Source: Sphyrna mokarran (Eukaryota). Taken from it: 64,000 nt of DNA. Location: positions 130,138,001 through 130,202,000 of the forward strand of contig JAGIQG010000002.1 of NCBI GenBank assembly GCA_024679065.1, written 5' to 3'. Position 1 is the stretch's first letter; every line of letters begins with the position of its first letter. The translations under genes were made by a program, and so were the position numbers. Under the pieces are notes generated by a model. That model did not search any database. It had not been told where the DNA came from and was given only the letters and a program-made list of their open reading frames with translations. Of the stretch, positions 13,325-25,451 are shown one piece after another.

Positions 13325-13800
13325 TTTCACAAATTCAGGACATTCCCAAACTCTTCAGAATCAATTAGATACTTTTTTGAACTTTGCTGTGTTGTAGGAA
13401 AGTTGGCCAGTTTGATGCATTGGAGAAATGTTGGCAGCCAATTTGTTGTACTGTAGGAAAGTTGGCAGCCAATTTGTGTGCAGCCAACTCCAGCAAACAG
13501 CGATGTGATAATTGGGTAACCCACTGTTGTTGATTGTGTGATAAATTTTGAATTAGATAAATTTCCCTGCTCTTTGAATAATGTTATGCCAAAGTATCAT
13601 TCACATACACCTAAGAATTCAGATAGGTTGAAGGCCTCACCTGGAAGTTGGCACTGTTGACAGTATAGCACTCCCTCAATGCTGTACAGAAGTGTAAGCC
13701 TGGAGTTTCTGCTCAAATCTTAGAGTGGGGAGGGAACTTGAGAGGAGAGCATTTTGAATCTAGAGTGATTGCACTGTTGAATGAACCAAGGCTAATGCCG
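13325..13800 (-). mobile_element. Old SacSINE1/DeuSINE-like element with an internal short duplication
   Basis: GGCAGCCAATTTGTG, CAAACAGCGATGTGATA and GACAGTATAGCACTCCCTCA motifs shared with 41880-42260 and 49070-49480. Confidence 0.7.
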
Positions 13801-14139
13801 GAGGGAAGTTACTGGCTGCATATCTTTGCAAACATGACTCAAATCAGTAACTTCAGGTTCAGGGAAAATGCCAACCATTGTTCCAGTGCTCTTCTTTGTG
13901 ATATTATGTTACTTGGATTTTTAATGTGAACTTCATACGTTGTGTGTGTGTGTCACATAATTTGAATGTGGAACTAAAAGTAATATTGCTGGAATTTTTT
14001 TAAAGCTACTGCATTCAAGCACGCTTGTCTAATTTCTTAAAGGTAAATGCACTAAAGAGATAACCAGTTTACCCACAAGTCCAATGGGTCAGCGACTATA
14101 GATTGAGTTGTTACTGGATGTCCTCTGATTCTTCACTTC

Positions 14140-14450
14140 GTAGAATCCCTACGGTGCAGAAGGAGGCCATTTGGCCCATCCAGTCTACACTGACCACAAT
14201 CCCACCGAGGTGGGATAACCCCATGCATTTACCCTAGCTGGTCCTCCTGACATTAAGGGGCAATTTAACAAGGCCAATCCATGCAGCCTGCACGTCTTTG
14301 GACTGAGAGGAATCCAGAGCATCCAGAGGAAACCCACGAAGCCACGGGGGAGAAAGTGCAAACTCCACACACTGACCCAAGTTGGGAATCAAACCCAGGT
14401 CCCTGGCGCTGTGAAGCAGCAGTGCTAACTTCTGTGCTGACATGCCGCCA
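14140..14450 (-). mobile_element. HE1-like V-SINE
   Basis: TAGAATCCCTACGGTGCAGAAGGAGGCCATTTGGCCC tail; head at about 14400-14450. Confidence 0.9.
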
Positions 14451-14894
14451 CTTTTGCAAGCACCTGCTTGCCCTTTCTGACCTGCAGAGCCTCTGATCAA
14501 TTCGAGAGTTCATCGGAGCAGAAATTGCCAGCAGTTGAAAGTCCGTGATCAATGCTGTGTGTGGGGTTGAGTGCACTCGCTCAGAGATTGACCTTTCTCC
14601 GCTTTAGTGATGCGAGCTGGCAGTATAAGTGTCTTTGTCGCGTTAAAAGTACTCAATTGTCTTGATTTGCTTTCAATTGAATACAGCTCACTTTTCAGAA
14701 TTACCTTTAGCTCACATTACATTTTTTTTTTTTGCTTCCTTAACGACATAAGGTATTGTAGCTTTCCAAATAGCTGTCGGAAATGTTCCTCTTTGCCATT
14801 CACAAACAGATGACCTTATTTGTATTGTTTCTTTTATGTTCTTCAGGCATCCAAAAGGATCCTGAAACTAAGGAGTTGCCTTTTGAAAATTTGG

Positions 14895-15265
14895 TCTTTT
14901 TTTATTCACTCATGGGACACGTGTCTTGCTGGCTGGCCAGGATTTATTGCCCATACCTAGTTGCCCTTGTTCAGAGGGCAGTAGAGAGTTAACTACGTTG
15001 CTGTGACTCTGGAGTCACACGTAGGCCAGAGCAGGTAAAGACGGCAGATTTCCTTCCCTAAAGGACATTAGTGAATCAGATGGTGTTTTCTGACTATCGA
15101 CAATGCTTTTGTGGTTTGTTGGTATATTCTTAATTCCAGATTTTTTTTTATTGAATTCAAATTCCACCATTTGATGTGGCGGGATTCGAACCTAGGTTCC
15201 CAGAACATTAGTTGAGTTTCTGGATTAATATTCTCGTGATAATACCAGTCTATCATTGCCTTTCC
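14895..15265 (-). mobile_element. tRNA-derived SINE, second family (family C)
   Basis: Core CAGATTTCCTTCCCTAAAGGACATTAGTGAA; minus-strand B box (GGGATTCGAACC on +); homologous to 30040-30385. Confidence 0.82.
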
Positions 15266-15309
15266 CCTGTCATCAGTCATTAAATGAGAGGGGGGATGTG
15301 TATAATGGT

Positions 15310-15655
15310 GGGGAGGGGCGGTGATGGTGTACTGGTAGTGCTCTGGGGACATAGGACCAAACGCAATCATGGCAAGGATTTAAAATCGATTAATAAATTT
15401 CGTATGGAAAACTGGTCTCAAACTGGTAATGGTGACCTTGGCAATTATTGAACCCATCTGGCTCACTCGTGCCCTTTTGGGAAAGAAGTCTGCTGTCTTT
15501 TCCTGGTCTGGTCTACCTGACAGAAATATGGTCAATTCTTAATTGCCCTTTGAAATGGCCTAGCAAGCCACTCAGTTTCAGGCTCAACTGGGGATGAGCA
15601 ATAAATGCTATCCTTGCCAATGACATTCAGATCCCATGAAGGAATAGAAAAAAAG
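15310..15655 (+). mobile_element. Family C SINE, older copy, head-to-head with the previous copy
   Basis: CCCATCTGGCTCACT...GAAATGGCCTAGCAAGCCACTCAGTT...ATCCCATGAAGGAATAGAAAAAAA. Confidence 0.75.
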
Positions 15656-15770
15656 CAAATGAAATGGTCAATTTGTGCACAGTGATGTGAGCGATTTCAG
15701 AGATGTTGGTTTAGGCACAATTGCCTTGACAGAAATGCCTTGCTCCTCTTTCGGAGGCATAACTGTCATC

Positions 15771-15825
15771 CACCTAAAATCTCCATTTAAATCTCACCTA
15801 AAATCTCCATTTAAATCTCACCTGA
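15771..15825 (+). repeat. 24-bp tandem duplication (about 2.3 copies)
   Basis: CACCTAAAATCTCCATTTAAATCT repeated exactly twice, then CACCT. Confidence 0.95.
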
Positions 15826-15952
15826 AAATTAAAACCTGTCTCTTGACTAAGTTTTTGGTTACTTGGCTTAATATCTCCTTGTGTGGCTTGGTGGCATATT
15901 TTGTTTTACGATGCTCCTCTGAAGCACCTGGGGAGGCTTTACTACATTACAG

Positions 15953-16590
15953 ACATGGTGGCACAGTGGTTAGCACTCCTGCCTCTCAATGCCAGAGACT
16001 CTGGTTCGACTCCAACCTTAAGTTTGTGTGGAGTTTGCACGTTCTCCCCACTTCTGTGTTGGTTTCCTCCCGGTGCTCTGGTTTCCTCCCACAGTTTGAA
16101 GATGTACAGGTTAGGTGGATTGGCCAAGCTAAATTGCCCTCTTAGTGTCGCAAGATGTGTAGTATAGCAGGCTAAATACATGGTGTTACAGGAAATGGCC
16201 TGGATAAGATAGTCTTTGAAGAATCAGTGCAAAATCAGTAGGCCGAATGGTCTCCTTCTACACATAAGAATTATATGATTGAACTCACAACCTTCTGGGT
16301 GGCATAGTGGTTAGCACTGATGCCTCAGCATCAGACATCCAAGTTCAGTTCCAGCCTCGGGCCACTGTCTGTGTGGAGTTTTTACATTCTCCCCATATCT
16401 GCATGAGTATCCTCCGGTTTCCCACCAAAGTCTAAAGATGTGTGGGTTAGGTGCATTGGCTACGCTAAATTCACTCTTAGTGTCAGGAAGATTAGCAGGG
16501 TAAATACATGGGGCTAGGGCTGGGTGAGATTTTGTCACCACAAGCTGGATGGGCTGAATGACCTTTTTTCTGTCCTGTAGGGGTTCTGTG
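15953..16590 (+). mobile_element. Two tandem HE1-like V-SINEs (15953-16280, 16297-16590) with different tail variants
   Basis: Two heads (GTGGCACAGTGGTTAGCAC and GTGGCATAGTGGTTAGCAC), each followed by a V-domain and CR1-type tail. Confidence 0.88.
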
Positions 16591-18021
16591 GTTGTGCTGG
16601 GGAGGTAAGAGTGCTACTGTATTCTGACCACCTCGTTGGCCAGCCTTAAAACCCACTCTCACAGATAACTCTGGAAGCAGTGTCCTGTCCATGGAGTGCA
16701 TTGCAGCAACTTGCCAAATCTAATTCAGTAGCACCTCCCCAAACTGTGTCCTCCAGCAGTTGGAAGAACAAGGGCAGCAGGTGCATTGGAACACTATCCC
16801 CTTCCTGTTGACCTCCAACTTGCACAGTGTCCTGATGTTGGACTGTTTCTTTGTTGTAAAAATTCCTGCTTTAACAGCATTGACTGTGGTGGTCAAACCA
16901 AAGGTTATTGCTATATTTTCAAGTGCAGCCTTGTCAGCATTATCCACAAACGAGAATTAGAAAATAAATACCACAGGCAGTAACTGGGTCTGTTAGCTGC
17001 CTCATTCTTTCATGCCTGTTGCTGTGTCAGAAGTGGATGATGTGTTGATTTACTTTATATAGTCAAGTTGATTTATGTAGAAGCTTACCCACTGGATAGA
17101 ACTACATGTGATTAAATGTCCTCCGAATTCATGGCTTGGTAGCATGGAATACAGTTTCCTCACCAAGAGCATGTTTATGATTCCGGTTGAACATCTCTGC
17201 TTGCTGCTGCTGGATTTGGTGTATTAGTTTGTAATTGCGGCCTGACCTGATTCCAGATAAGTTAATCTTCTCCCTTGTACAGTATGGTTCCATTAACTGT
17301 TAGCTATTGTGCATTCAGCCATTAAATCCTTACTCTAGAATTCCCTCATCTTTTTCTGTACGTCTACCATTCTCACTTCAATTTTTTCACACAATATGGG
17401 CAGCGTTGGCTGTTATTTTCCACTCCTAATTGGAGTTCCAGGATTTTGACTCAGTGACAGTGGGGAACCGGTGAAAGTTGGTTATCAAGATAGAATGTGG
17501 CTTGAAGGGAAACTAGAAAGTAGTGGTGTTCCCATACATCAGCTGTCCTTGTCTGCCTATAGATGATAGAAATTGAGTTTGGAAGGTTTTGGGGGATGGT
17601 GTGGAGAGGCTTGACTCCAAGTGTCCTACCGTGACATCTGGGTGCCATATGTAAAAAGCACCCAACATCACCAACCCACCAGTGGAAGAAGAAGATTAAT
17701 TTTCTTCCTTCAGAAGGGAAGTACCTTGGGATCTTCCACTGCGTCAAAGATGCTACAGCAGTGCAAGCTGTTGAAGTAGTTTTCTTTTGAGCTTGGTTAC
17801 AATGTTTCTATTGAGGATTCCATAGTAGTACTCGCAGGTTACTGGAACTTTTTGGAGATTTTCAGAAACTCCATTGTTTGCAAAATAAATGTCAAGTTTA
17901 GCTTTGCTGAGGCCAATATGCACACACATGTCCGCATCTACAAATCGCAGCAAAGTGTTGGACGCTTTCCTGTCTCTTGCTCCCAGGCTAAACTTGATAT
18001 TGCCTGGGAACTCGGTACTCC

Positions 18022-18517
18022 TGATGTGGAGATGCTGGTATTGGACTGGGGTAAGCACAGTAAGAAGTCTCATAACGCCAGGTTAAAGCCCAACAGGTTT
18101 ATTTGGTAGCACAAGCCACTAGCTTTCGGAGTGTTGCTCCTTCATCAAGTGAGTGGGAGTTCTATTCATGAACAGGGTATATAAAAACACAAACTCAATT
18201 TACAAAATAATGGTTGTGATGTGTATTGTGTAATAAGAGATGTGTATTGAACTGTCCTGGCTGGAGACAATGCACATCTCTTTAACCTGTGCTTAACCCT
18301 CTCTCCACTCATATTGTCTGCATCTTTAAAACTTGATTACCTGCAAAGACTCACATTCCAACCATTATTTTGTAAATTGGGTTTGTGTCATTATATACCC
18401 TGTTTGTGAACAGAACTCCCACTCTCATGATGAAGGAGCAGTGCACTGAAAGCTAGTGGCTTGTGCTACTAAATAAACCTGTTGGATTTTAACTTGGTGT
18501 TGTAAGACTTCTTACTG
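18022..18517. mobile_element. Penelope-like inverted pseudo-LTR pair with TSD
   Basis: Minus arm 18022-18216, plus arm 18250-18517; flanked by direct repeat GAACTCGGTA (18008-18017 and 18517-18526). Confidence 0.85.
18117..18151 (-). ncRNA. Minimal type I hammerhead ribozyme motif (C3U variant)
   Basis: Minus strand: CAC UUGAUGA A GGAG caaca CUCC GAAA GCUA GUG; stem I CAC/GUG, stem II GGAG/CUCC, palindromic AGCU stem III. Confidence 0.6.
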
Positions 18518-19039
18518 AACTCGGTATTGCTCAGAGACCAGTATCTTCAGTAAATGAAGGGTGAATGCATTCCATTCTTGCTTATCTGTCCCTGAAATCT
18601 TGCTTCTCCACTTGGAATTATCATGAGGCTTTTAATAGTGACTTTAAAAGGAAAACGATTTGATTCGAGAGTCTGATGTCATGCTGTTCAATAAACTTAG
18701 CAAATCATTCCCATCATTAGCACAGTGAGATCAATATGTAGATTGTATAATGCGGAAGCATTTTCATTGCAGAAAAAGCAATTTTTTTATTTTGTTCTTC
18801 ATTGGTGAAGTGACATTGCTCTCTCTTGTGTGGTTTTACAAGAATAATTTGGGTGAAATTGGTCAAAGCAGTGTAAAGAGGATTGTTCACTTTTAAGCAC
18901 AGAGCTGTGGAGCTTAAATTGAATTGGTAATGTTAGTTTAAAAGCATTGTGCTTGAGGATGGCCCCGCTACTGGACATGCCCACAATCCAAGTCATGAAT
19001 TGTCTCAAACGGCTATATCCAAAGAGCTTCTTCAAATTA

Positions 19040-19262
19040 AACAAAATGAAAAAATGCTGGAAAATCTCTGCAGATCTGACAATATCTGTGGAGAGTGAAT
19101 CAAGCCAGTATTTCAAGTCTGGATGATCCTTCATCAGAGTTCAGATGAAGGGTCACCCTGACTCAAATCATTGATTCTATTCTCTCTCCATGGATGCCGT
19201 CAGACCTGAGACTTTCCAGCCTTTTCTGGTTGTGTTTCAGATTCCAGCACCCGAAGTATTTT
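19040..19262. mobile_element. Palindromic Penelope-derived element, second family
   Basis: Arms AATGCTGGAAAATCTCTGCAGATCTGAC...TTCATCAGAG / TTCAGATGAAG...GTCAGACCTGAGACTTTCCAGC centred at about 19140; CUGAUGA...GAAA on the minus arm. Confidence 0.7.
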
Positions 19263-20699
19263 ACCACCTTCAAGTTAAACGTGTTTTAAACACGAGGTAC
19301 TAATGGGCACATTTCCTAAGTCTTTATTGGTAAACGAAAGGGGAAGGTGGGGGGGATGGGGAAATCAGGATATTGAATTTGATCAGCCATGAACAGGACT
19401 ATATGAAACCATTATTAATTTACTAAGAAACTGGCTACATTGTGAATTAGTAAATGGTTCGATATTTCCAATATTCTTTCCAGTAGTCTTAGAATCAGGT
19501 TACTGGTGGTGGACAAGACACTCTTAAAGCTAAAAGTAAGTTTATCACCAAAAATAACATGCGCAAAGCACCAATCTTTTTTTAACTTCAAGAAACAGAA
19601 GTAGTTATTGTCTTCTTCAGTGCCAGATTCTCTGGTTCATGAAAGATTTTAAGTTTTTGTGCAAGTGAGTTAAGACAGAAATGTAAACTTCAACGCAATT
19701 TTGATTGGCATTTATGTCCAAAATTGCTAATAACACTCGAACTGTGCCTAACTCCATACCCCATAATTTCCATTTGTTTTGTTTCTCCCTCAGTCAGTGT
19801 CACAGTTTTACCCCAACGCAATTTCCTGGTTGTTATTACAAATTATGATAAGCCATTACACCCAACAAAGACACACACAACCATTTTAATATCGATGCAA
19901 CTAACTGGTAGAGCCAAAAGATGATGTCAATTTTGTGAGAAAGTTTGCAAGGATAATATCAAAAATCAGGAAAGACTGAACTAGTTGGAGCTCATAAAGA
20001 GATGAGCAATAATGTGTTTTATCTCTTAAAGGTTATGAAGGAATTCAATAGGATAGATTGATTCTATTTATGGGCAGTTCGAAACAGATAGCAGTAATAA
20101 ATTCAATAAGGAATGACGTGGAAATCCCAGAATTGAACTGGGATGAGCACAGTAAGAAGTCTCACAATAACAGGTTAAAGTCCAACTGTAGTAGATAACC
20201 AACAAAGAAAGTTCACTTCCACATGGTTGCAAACTTCATGTTCCCACCTCTTTGGATAAATAGCATTGATTAATTTGAGGGTCTGCAACTTAAGTATGCA
20301 AAAAAATCAGGCTGAGAAGGTTATCCTAACAGTTGAGAAGAGGTGGTAGGAAGCTGCTGTGCGGAATGGCCTGGTTCTATACTATAAATTCAGTGATGTG
20401 ATTAATGCCTGATAAAAATCATTGTACCCGAGTTCTGTGAAACTGAGAATTCGAAGTTTAGTAGTTGGTGGGTTGTGTCTTTGAAACTATGATGCTTTGC
20501 AACAATTGGATGTTTACCAATTTTTTTCCATACAGAGAAGCCTTTTGATCTTGGACGAAAGTTGCCACTGAGATGCTGAGCTCCCGTAAGCAAAGGGGGG
20601 TGATTCAGAGCTGTCCGCTGTATCCCGTTCTTGCAGAACTCTGGGAGATGACTCCTGTCGTCACATCACTGCTGATACTTCATCTCAATGTTGAAATAT

Positions 20700-21170
20700 A
20701 AAACTGAGGAAAATAGTGCCTCACTTGTATTGGCACCTTTGTTAGATCCCATCTGGAGGAAAGTGTTGAATTTTTGTTCACTCAGAAAGGATATATTGGC
20801 GTTTTGAAGGGTTATGGTACATACCTGTTGAAATAATACTGGATCTTAAAAGGGTTAAAGAGAAGAGTTTATATTTCCTTGAGATAAGATGCAGGGTTGA
20901 TCTATATTCGAGGTGTTAAAGTATTTTGGGATTTGATTAGATTTCAGAGACGCTTCCATCTGGTGGAGAAATCAAGAACAAGAGCATAATCTTAAAATTG
21001 GAGCTTGAACATTTAGGAGTGAAATTGGGAAGCATTTCTTTGTGCACAAGGTGAAGAACCTAGATGCTGGTTCAATTGGCACTTCCAATAGAAATGGGAC
21101 TTTGTTAGCTAATGGTATCACAAGATGTTGAACCATAAGGCAGGTACATGAAGTTGAGCTTTTAGGTAAA
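20700..21170 (+). mobile_element. Old CR1 LINE 3' fragment
   Basis: LVRSHLE-like and KDILA-like decayed motifs; GGAAGCATTTCTTT segment. Confidence 0.65.
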
Positions 21171-21189
21171 AGTGACCAGTTGACTTTTT

Positions 21190-22050
21190 TAAAATTATTT
21201 TTGTGGGATGTGGGCGTTGCTGGCAAGACCAGCATTTGACAGAGCATTTCAGAGAGCAGTTAAAGGTCAAACGTATTGCTATGGATCTGGAGTCACAATA
21301 AGCAAACAGGACAAAGAACAAAGAAAATTACAGCACAGGAGCAGGCCCTTCGGCCCTCCAAGCCTGCACTGACTATGCTACCCGACTTAACTAAAACCCT
21401 CTTCTCTTCTGGGGTCCATATCCCTCTATTCCTATCCTATTCATGTATTTGTCAAGGTACCCCTTAAATGTCACTATCATATCTGCTTTCACTACCAGTA
21501 GTGAGTTCTAGGTACCCACCACCCTCTGTGTAAAAAAAAAACTTGTGTTTGTACATCTTTAAACCTTGCCCTTTACACTTTAAACGTATGCCCACTGGTA
21601 ATTAATTCTTCCACCCTGGGAAAGCTTCTGTCTATCCACTCTCTATCTATGCCCCTCATAATCTTGTAGACTTCTGTCAGGTCCCTCAACCTCCATGGTT
21701 CCAGGGAGAAACAAACCAAGTTTCTCCAACCTCTCCTCATAGCCAATGCCCTCCACACCAGACAACACCCTGGTAAATCTTTTCTGTACTCGGTCCAAAG
21801 CCTCCACATCCTTCTGGTAGTGTGGTGACCAGAGCAATAAGGGCAGCAGATTTCCTTCGCTGAAGAAAGGAATCAGATGGATTTTGTGCTGATAATTTCA
21901 CAGTCACCATTACTGAGACTAGTTTCTAATTGCAGATTTTAATAATTGAATGTAAATTCCAGCACTTGCAGCAGTGGTATTTAACCCACATCCTGAGCAT
22001 TAGTCTGGGCCTGTGAATACTGGTCCAGTGACATCACCATTTATGTTGAC
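21190..22050 (-). mobile_element. Family C SINE split by a CR1 insertion
   Basis: SINE sequence stops after CTGGAGTCACAATAAGC (about 21305) and resumes at GGCAGCAGATTTCCTTC (about 21842). Confidence 0.72.
21311..21832 (-). mobile_element. Young CR1 LINE 3' end (5'-truncated)
   Basis: ORF 21643-21837 WSPHYQKDVEALDRVQKRFTRVL..GIGYEERLEKLGLF; tail repeat ACAAAGAACAAAGAA. Confidence 0.92.
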
Positions 22051-22741
22051 AACATTCCTGCCTCCACCCCATCCCAGTCCTTAGAAGCAGTCTGTGTCCT
22101 CAATCTTTCACTCCAAACATAAATATAGCAAAATATAGCAGATACTGCCATTATTAAGAAAATAATATTGTTAACAAATGTTAAAAGTAATCACTGTGCA
22201 GGAGTGCCGTTTTTGAACAGGTTTTTTCTCCCCCACCTCAAAGATGTGGATTAATTTGAGAAATAAAGACATTTCTGAGGCTGTTATGCAAAATGGGCAG
22301 CAACAAGTTGATGAACGATTTTAATCTGTCTAATTTTCTTTTCCAATGGAAGTGAGCTATTAGTTTGCTGTTTTTCATATGGTTCAAGACTAATGTTTGC
22401 TAATCTGTCCCATTAGGCATATACAAGTTAAAATGAAATAAAAACCCAAAATATTGGAAGAACATGTGTTAGGTGGCATGAACGCAGACATTCTCCAATC
22501 TTGCTTGCAACTAGGACTGTCCCGACTGCTGCAGTGAACGGACGTTTGGCTAAGCGCCAAATTTTCCGTTTCCGCTGTCAGCGGTGGCAGGGCATGACTG
22601 GCTGGCGAATTCTGACTCGTGTTTCAGGTAGTTGACAATTCACTAGGTCGTCGACATGAGATTTGATGAGTTCTGGCTGAAATTCTCTGCTTTTGTTTCC
22701 AATATCCACAGTATTTTTCTGAAATTAAGTTAATGCTTGTT

Positions 22742-23015
22742 TCAGTTTATTTATTAGTGTCACAAGCAGGCTTACATTAACACGGCAATGAAGTTACTGT
22801 GAAAATCCCCTAGTCACCACATTCCTGTGCCTGTTTGGGGCAATACACCTAAGCAGCATATCTTTTAGACCATGGGGGAAAAGAACCAAAGCACCTGGAG
22901 GAAATCCATGCAGACACGGAGAGAACGTGCAAACTCTGCACAGACAGTGACCAAGCTGGGAATTGAACCTGGGTTCCTGGTGCCGTGTGGCAGCAGTGCC
23001 AATCGTTGTGCCACC
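22742..23015 (-). mobile_element. V-SINE, type-B tail
   Basis: GTTTATTTATTAGTGTCACAAGCAGGCTTACATTAACAC is the reverse complement of the type-B tail. Confidence 0.88.
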
Positions 23016-23059
23016 ATTTTGAAAAGACTAAATTAGGTAAAAAGTGGTGACAGGTATAT

Positions 23060-23290
23060 ATTGAGTTACTGTCTGTGCAAAGCCTGCATTTTCTCCCCAT
23101 ATCTGCATGGGCTTCCTCTGGGTGCTCCAGTTTCCTCCCACAGTCTGAAAGATGTGCTGATCAGGTGTATCGATTTTGCTAAATTCTCCCTCAGTGTACC
23201 CGAACAGGTGCTGGAGTGGGGCAACTGGGGGATTTTCACAGAAACTTCATTGCAGTGTTAATATAAGCCTACTTGTGACACTAATAAAAC
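23060..23290 (+). mobile_element. V-SINE, type-B tail, 5'-truncated
   Basis: V-domain plus CTCAGTGTACCCGAACAGG...CTACTTGTGACACTAATAAA. Confidence 0.88.
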
Positions 23291-23534
23291 AATGTGCACT
23301 GAATTGCATAGAGTTTTTTGGAAGGTACTTTCCAATCAGGCCCCATGTTAACACGTAAAAATTATTGCAAACTCTGCTGCCAACAATCAAGCAGCAGTAA
23401 ATCTGCAAGACAACATTGAGTATATAATGATTATGAAGTTTGCATATTATAGACCAACATATAATGTATCATATAAATATGAATTTGTGTCTTTAAAATG
23501 CTTGATTTATCTGAGCCACTGCTGTTCACAAAAC

Positions 23535-23626
23535 ATTGTAAGAAGTCTAACAACACCAGGTTTAAGTCCAACCAATTTATTTGATAGTAAACTCTCAAGC
23601 TTTCGGGGTTTGCCTCATTGTCAGGC
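23535..23626 (-). mobile_element. Penelope-like pseudo-LTR fragment with a degenerate hammerhead motif
   Basis: GTAAGAAGTCTAACAACACCAGGTTTAAGTCCAAC; minus strand reads CUGACAA..GAGG caaa CCCC GAAA GCUU. Confidence 0.65.
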
Positions 23627-24154
23627 GAATGCACATCACAAAACGTTGACCAAGAACACCTCTAGATTTCAAACCAGCAGCGTTGCTCATCTTAGGCAAT
23701 TATGGAAAGGAGCAAATTTCATTCTTAGTTTTGTTGTTTTCATTGGGATGTTGGTTTTCTTTAACATGCTGATAGCGCTGGTGAGGTAACATCTATGCCT
23801 ATCTGTACGTGTAGAGGGCCATAACAAATAGCGCTAATTAATTTAAGGGGAAGTTAGACGAATGCATGAGGGAGAAAAGGATTGAGGAAAAGGATATGCT
23901 TTTCAGTTTAGATGAAAGTGCCTTGGGGGGAAGCTTGTATGGAACGTGAACATTGTCTGAAACCAAATGGCCAGTGTCTCTTTAGTAATTTGTAGTATTC
24001 TGTGCATGTATTCAAAAAAAAAAATAGTGAGCACATTTGAGCTGCTGGAAAATGACTATCTGAATATTTCTAGGGAAGAACAAGAAGTGACTAAAGGAAA
24101 AAAGGATGGCGAAACTTAATTGCTTCCAAATGGTACATCATCCATATTATGAGT

Positions 24155-24620
24155 GACAGAATCCCTACAGTAGAGAAGGAAGCCATTTGGCCCATCAAAT
24201 TTACACTGATCACCATGCCTCCCAGGCCTTATCTCCATAACCCCCATGTATTTACCCTTCTAATTCCCTGACATTAAGGATAAATTTAGCATAGCCAATC
24301 AACCTAACCCATATGTTTTTGGACTGTGGGAGGAAACTGGAAACCCATGCAGGCACAGGGCGAATGTGCAAACTCTACATACATAGTCACCCAAAACTGG
24401 GGATCGAACCCGGGTGCCCGGTGCTGTGAGGCAGCAGTACTAACCACTGTGTCATCATGCTGCCCCTGAATCATAGAATCCTCTCAGTGCAGAAGAGGCC
24501 ATTCAGCCCATCGAATCTGTATTGACCACAATTCCACCAAGGCCGCAGTCCCACTAATCCCCTGAGTGCTATTTAGCATGGCCAATCAACCTAACCTGCA
24601 CGGTTTTGGACTGTGGAAGA
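24155..24620 (-). mobile_element. Two tandem HE1-like V-SINEs (24155-24466 full, 24468-24620 3' part)
   Basis: Two AGAATCC...CAGT(A/G)..GAAG tails; one head ending CATGCTGCCC. Confidence 0.87.
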
Positions 24621-25451
24621 AATGTATATGATAAACGTGGCTTACATTGGGCCTTCATTGGTACTGACTAAGTTTCTGAGAATTTCCTGCTATTTCTTAT
24701 TGTGGCAGCACTTGGATAGAAATCACCAGCTACTCGAGGTGGCTAGGGAAGGACAATAAACCTTGGGTTTAGCCGTGTCACTGAAATTCTGAGAATGAAT
24801 AACAAAGCATTGGGTGTGGGCCAAAGAAGGGAGAGAATGATTGCTAAGTGAAAGGAAGTGGATCATCCAGAATGACACACAGAAGAAAACATTCATTGTC
24901 TAATTACAATTACCGCACCAGGGGAAAGTGAAATAGTAAACCCCTTCCATTGTCCTGAGCTAGCTTTGAACACTTCAACAAGTTGCAATGTTTAAAAAAC
25001 ATCTGGGTTGGTTTTCTTTAGTTAAAACATGTTTGAAATATGCCGTAATATTACAATATTAATTCGTCAGATTGTTTTGCAACACCAATCCCAAGAGCTC
25101 AAAATCAGCCTTATAAGAACCCAGAGAAATGTCTTTACCCAAAGAGTGGTGCGAGTGTAAAAGTTGCTGAGGTAATCGGCGCAACAAGCATTGGTGCAAT
25201 GAAGGAGAAGCTAGATCAGTATAGGAGGAATAATGGAACAGGTAAAGTATGGTGGGTTTGGGCTCATGTAGATCCTAAACATTAGGAAGCCAATTGGGTT
25301 TCAATGCCTATTGCTGTATTGGAAAATTGTATGTGTGTAATTTAGATATTAAACCATTTACTTTTGAATGTTCTGCTTTTATTTCTATAACCTACTTTTC
25401 ACCCTTCAGTTCTTATTCATATTTTCCTTGCAACTTTTTGATCCTTTTTAT

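Noticed and set aside
13385-13480. Repeated GTAGGAAAGTTGGC/GGCAGCCAATTTG units
   Set aside because: Local slippage duplication inside an old DeuSINE-like copy.
15771-15825. CRISPR-like direct repeats
   Set aside because: Simple 24-bp tandem duplication with no spacers, in vertebrate DNA.
20607-20625. RE1-like AGCTGTCCG
   Set aside because: Half-site only; the GGTGCTGA partner is missing. The same applies to AAGGTGCTGA at about 60392.
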